Below, in pieces: positions 58,651-64,000 of a DNA stretch of 64,000 nt; the first letter of the stretch is position 1; each line of letters starts with the position of its first letter. The notes beneath the pieces are model-generated. The model was not told the DNA's origin and ran no database searches. It saw only the letters and a list, made by a program, of their open reading frames with translations. This DNA comes from Scyliorhinus canicula (taxonomy: Eukaryota): assembly GCF_902713615.1 (NCBI RefSeq), contig NC_052155.1:191008429-191072428 (forward strand). The letters are read 5' to 3'. The translations under genes were made by a program, and so were the position numbers.

Positions 58651-60270
58651 AACATAGAACGATACAGCGCAGTACAGGCCCTTCGGCCCTCAATGTTGCA
58701 CCGACATGGGAAGTCCAAAAACTAAAGGCCATCTAACCTACACTATGCCATTATCATCCATATGCTTATCCAATAAATTTTTAAATGCCCTCAATGTTGG
58801 CGAGTTCACTACTGTTGCAGGTAGGGCATTCCACGGCCTCACCACTCTTTGCGTAAAAAACCCACCTCTGACCTCTGTCCTATATCTATTACCCCTCAAT
58901 TTAAGGCTATGTCCCCTCGTGCTAGCAACCTCCATCCGCGGGAGAAGGTTCTCACTGTCCACCCTATCTAACCCTCTGATCATTTTGTATGCCTCTATTA
59001 AGTCACCTCTTAACCTTCTTCACTCTAACGAAAACAACCTCATGTCCATCAGCCTTTCCTCATAAGATTTTCCCTCCATACCAGGCAACATCCTGGTAAA
59101 TCTCCTCTGCACCCGTTCCAAAGCTTCCACGTCCTTCCTATAATGAGGCGACCAGAACTGTACGCAATACTCCAAATGCGGCCGTACCAGAGTTTTGTAC
59201 AACTGCAACATGACCTCATGGCTCCGGAACTCAATCCCTCTACCAATAAAGGCCAACACACCATAGGCCTTCTTCACAACCCTTTCAACCTGGGTGGCAA
59301 CTTTCAGGGATCTATGTACATGGACACCGAGATCCCTCTGCTCATCCACACTACCAAGAATTTTACCATTAGCCAAATATTCCGCATTCCTGTTATTCTT
59401 TCCAAAGTGAATCACCTCACACTTCTCCACATTAAACTCCATTTGCCACCTCTCAGCCCAGCTCTGCAGCTTATCTATGTCCCTCTGTAACCTGCAACAT
59501 CCTTCCGCACTGTCTACAACTCCACCGACTTTAGTGTCGTCTGCAAATTTACTCACCCATCCTTCTGCACCCTCCTCCAGGTCATTTATAAAAATGACAA
59601 ACAGCAACGGCCCCAGAACAGATCCTTGTGGTACGCCACTCGTAACTGAACTCCATTCTGAACATTTCCCATCAACCACCACTCTGTCTTCTTTCAACTA
59701 GCCAATTTCTGATCCACATCTCTAAATCACCCTCAATCCCCAGCCTCCGTATTTTCTGCAATAGCCGACCGTGGGGAACCTTATCAAACGCTTTACTGAA
59801 ATCCATATACACATCAACTGCTCTACCCTCGTCTACCTGTTCAGTCACCTTCTCAAAGAACTCGATAAGGTTTGTGAGGTATGACCTACCCTTCACAAAA
59901 CCATGCTGACTATCCCTAATCATATTATTCCTATCTAGATGATTATAAATCGTATCTTTTATAATCCTCTCCAAGACTTTACCCACAACAGACGTTAGGC
60001 TCACCAGACTATAGTTACCGGGGTTATCTCTACTCCCCTTCTTGAACAAAGGGACCACATTTGCTATCCTCCTGTCCTCTGGCACTAATCCTGTAGCCAA
60101 TGATGACATAAAAATCAAAGCCAAAGGCTCTGCAATCTCTTCCCTGGCTTCCCAGAGAATCCTAGGATAAATCCCATCAGGCCCCGGGGACTTATCTATT
60201 TTCACCTTGTCCAGAATTGCCAACACTTCTTCCCTACGCACCTCAATGCCATCTATTCTAATAGCCTGGG
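58651..60270 (-). mobile_element. Second copy of the young CR1 family (frameshifted)
   Basis: ORFs 59672-60241, 59020-59697 and 58738-58983 are nearly identical to the 448-aa ORF at 48274-49620, with the same tail. Confidence 0.95.
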
Positions 60271-60274
60271 CCTG

Positions 60275-60960
60275 GAGATAGAGAAGGTATCAGTTAGAAG
60301 TTATAGTGTTTCCTTTTTATTAAGAATTGTTTAAATGTTAATCGTAAATTATATTCTGTGATGTTAGTGTTTAATCCTGCGTTAACAATAAATTTGTTTG
60401 AAGATACCATATCCCTATTTGTCAGTTGAATCATTTCTGGAGCAAAGTATCCTTACCTCACAGTTTTGTCCGGTATCCGAGCAAATGTCGGGGTCTGGTC
60501 CAGGATCTTAACAAAATTGGTGGCTCTTTACCGGGATTTACAAGAATAATCCCTTGTTTGAACAGCGAGGTGAGGAACTGGTGCTCTGGTGTTGCATTTG
60601 GGCAATTTAAATAGAGAGTGACACGGCTCTGTCGGTGGCTAAGACCTTCCTGGGTATGGAATAGGTTATTCTGGGTAGTTTGCAGAAGGGTGGTTAAAAC
60701 AAAGCTTTTGGATTTGGTGAACATGCTGCAGTTGACTTTACTTGTAGAGGGGTGGAAGGTAGAGATAATCACAGTGATAGCTCTGTATTTAAATATGCCA
60801 GAGGCATAGTCCGAATTAGTGGAATTAGTTAAAAGTCAATTACAAACGAAACAATTAGAATTGTGGGAAAAGAAAAAAGAGTGACATTGGCAGAAGGAAA
60901 AGAAAGAGGTGCAACAGCAAGAGTAAACAAGAGAATTTGAACTTCATAAATGGATCCAGC
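60275..60960 (+). mobile_element. Partial LTR, primer-binding site and degenerate gag 5' end
   Basis: LTR-like end ...TTAACA at 60513. TGGTGGCTCTTTACCGGGAT at 60518-60537 resembles the tRNA-Pro PBS TGGGGGCTCGTCCGGGAT. A K/E/Q-rich degenerate frame follows. Confidence 0.45.
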
Positions 60961-63057
60961 AGAGGGCAGTAGAGAGGAGCTGCTGATTGGTTGTTGCGGG
61001 GAAAATTTGCATCAGTGCTTTGCGGTCACTGCATCCAGAACGTGTACCTGAGCAAGACACCCTCCGTGTTCAAGTGAAGGCAAGATTCCAGCAGATGGCA
61101 GTAGAGTGGAGCTGCTGATTGGCTGTTGCGGGGAAAATTTGCTCGCTCTCCCGCCCCGACCCCATAACCCCACCTAACCAGCACATCCCGGAATACCGAG
61201 GTGCAATTTAGCATGGCCAATCCACCTCACCTGCATATCTTTGGGCTTTGAGGTTTTGGTGAGTCTAATTGATTATTCATTTAGTCTTTTGTGAAATTGT
61301 ATTAGCTGCCTAATGGCAGAATTGATTATCTTTTATTAATGTGACATTTCACACAAACCGTGAGCTTAAATACAAGTCATATTGAGGCTACTTTACCTCC
61401 ATTTAACAGACAGCTATAGAAACAACCTAAATACAAAAGGTAGTCTGATATCACACAGCCATATCACAGAGTTACCATGTTATTGATGGATTAGACCTCA
61501 AGGTGCAACTCTCAAAAGGACCAGGTAGCAACACTTTACAGCAGGTGACAGGTGGAATTATAGTGAGGAACAGAGTCTGTAATAAACCTAGTTATTGGGT
61601 CACTAAACAATTCAATGTTTTATCCAATAATTCAAACAAATCAATTTAATAGAATTAAAATCATGGAATTTTAATTAAGAGCATTTTATATAAAAATATG
61701 ATGCAAGTTCAAACCCCTGGAACATGAAGTAAGCAATTATAACTATTTCAGTGTAGCCACAGCACTTACCATCACAGAATATTTTTTACTGTGAATCTGC
61801 CATTTACAGACTTCCTGCTCGTATACAATTAAACTGGAGATTTTCCACAAAAACACTAAAGCAGATGATTAAATGCACATCACATACAATTCCATTTCAA
61901 TCCAATTTAAGCTAATGTTAAAATATTTTCTCAAATTTCTACAATACATTATTTTTTCAGAAGCAATTAACACACGCACAATATCCGCACTCCCAGATAT
62001 TTGGTCATATTCGGGGGGGGGGGGGGGGGGGGGGAATTATGTGAAATGAAGAGCTCACGATTGTCTATCAAATAGAGATATTATCAATTAACTAGCACCT
62101 GTAACTGGCATGCACCTTTATAATGTCCCCGCTCTAACCAAGACCTTCCTTCCTTCAGGCCGATGATGGCAATCCTGACCCGATTTATGTCAGATCAAAG
62201 AATTCACGCATAATCTAATGGCTCAGGAAAGATCAGTCCCCATTGTTTGTGTCTGCAACCGACTCAGGAGGCCAGAAGTGTTGGCGATCTGGCATCTTAT
62301 CAAAGACTGTTGTCAGCACAGGACCATCTTCTTGGACGAGCATGAGGCAAGGGCACCCTGCCTCACTATGGGCAGAGGTCCGTCAGCCTTGCTTCAAAAT
62401 TAAATAAGTGCTTTGTTAGAGCGGAGGCACAGAAATCTGAAAATACAAAAATATCTCATTGCTGAGGGAGCTGGGGAGAGGGTCACCAACAATTGGAATT
62501 GTCCCCGAGGGGCATTCCTGTTTTTAAGAATTAATCAGTATCTTATTATACAACACATTATTTAACACGTAAACAAAAATCCTTGCAAGCAACTAAAATT
62601 GATTATAATGACTTATTGCATTAATTTATAAATCTACTGCTTTGATTATTAAAAAGATATGCGATTAAAACTTAAAAGGGTTGGAATATCTGCATTGGTG
62701 CCTCCCATCTCACAATATAAACACTCCTACAGCGCCAGGGCACACACCTAGAAGTCAGTGTTACTATGGGAGTGATGGCAGCTGATATATTCCAATTACT
62801 TGCCAATATCGGAGGCAGAAATTTGATCTTGTCACCTGCATTGGGTTCTGGAGAAGTTAAAGGATATGGATAAAATGTCCCTTAATTCTCCACTTTGTCA
62901 CAAACATGGTTTGGTTTCATTGTTAATATGTTATGTACTTTTCTGCTTAATGTGTTGCTATTGTCAGCAAAATATAAATGATGTAAAACGTTTCTTTCAA
63001 TAAACTTGTGTTGAAGAAAGTTGACAGCTTTAGGCGACGCCCTGGAACAGAAACACA

Positions 63058-63430
63058 GAACATGGGCTGACACACAGCCACGTCTGTGTAATCCCCCCTC
63101 TGTGCAACATGGGCTGACACACAGCCACGTCTGTGTAATCCCCCCTCTGTGCAACATGGGCTGACACACAGCCACGTCTGTGTAATCCCCCCTCTGTGCA
63201 ACATGGGCTGACACACAGCCACGTCTGTAGAAATCCCCCCTCTGTGCAACATGGGCTGACACACAGCCACGTCTGTGTAATCCCCCCTCTGTGCAACATG
63301 GGCTGACACACAGCCACGTCTGTGTAATCCCCCCTCTGTGCAACATGGGCTGACACACAGCCACGTCTGTGTAATCCCCCCTCTGTGCAACATGGGCTGA
63401 CACACAGCCACGTCTGTGTAATCCCCCCTC
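63058..63430 (+). repeat. 47-bp minisatellite, 8 copies
   Basis: Unit CATGGGCTGACACACAGCCACGTCTGTGTAATCCCCCCTCTGTGCAA at 63061, 63108, 63155 and onward. Confidence 0.96.
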
Positions 63431-64000
63431 CGGGTATCTCATGGTTTTCTTTACAAAAGGCGTAAATCTAAAAAAAACGTGAATGTTCAAGAATACTTTA
63501 TACCTCATAAAGCTTTGCTGCATTTGGCCAATTCCATTTAAAATAATGAACGACCAAACAAAAATATTCAACAATTTTAGTGCAACATAATGCTTAAAGT
63601 GAATAAGTCCGACTACATCAGTCAGGTAACTAGATCACACTCGTCAGTGATCCTCAAATATCTCAGTGAAATGATTAATCCCTGAAATGATTGGTTTGCA
63701 TCCTAAAATGAGCTACTTTGAGAAATGTTGTGCAGCAGCTAATTGTGGATTTGAGTTCAGTGATAGCAGGATCCTAAAACCATTGCAAAGTTGGTGTAAG
63801 GCAGTGAAGTGATCCACTTCCATCAGGTGGAGGCAGCACGTAACAAACCACAGACTTCCCGCTGCCAATCACATCAGTTTGCTCCGCAAAATAATTTCTA
63901 GAATGGGAGAATTCAGCAGCTGAGTTCTTCATAGAAACTTTCCCACGATCCCTTTCAGACTGAGCTGCATCCACATGCCAACTGTTGCGAGGGGGTCGCT

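Noticed and set aside
3850-62034. Many long G or C homopolymers (about 15-30 nt) as functional elements
   Set aside because: They are scattered mostly inside transposon remnants, and their lengths are unreliable in assemblies.

Overview
Vertebrate genomic DNA from a cartilaginous fish. The shark-type tRNA-SINE, CR1, L1, Rex1 and Penelope repeats suggest a catshark, which is inference. The only host gene I can identify is the 3' part of an unrearranged T-cell receptor gamma (TRG) locus on the + strand. It has one V gene (leader 2819-2858, V exon 3057-3364, 23-bp-spacer RSS) and three J segments with 12-bp-spacer RSSs (17017, 17270, 17532). One C gene follows in three exons: Ig C1 domain 19871-20179, connecting peptide 21069-21143, and TM/cytoplasmic 25524-25657. 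All exons are open, all splice junctions are phase 1 and join in frame, and I found no D segment. Almost every other ORF in the six-frame track comes from a transposon or a tandem repeat. The rest of the window is nested transposons and minisatellites. Points of note: a 2.8-kb minisatellite in the V promoter position, a Penelope-type palindrome carrying hammerhead ribozyme cores on both strands, a TSD-flanked ORF1-only (HAL1-like) L1 element, a minisatellite expanded from an L1 ORF2 motif, and candidate RUNX/MYB enhancers downstream of C.
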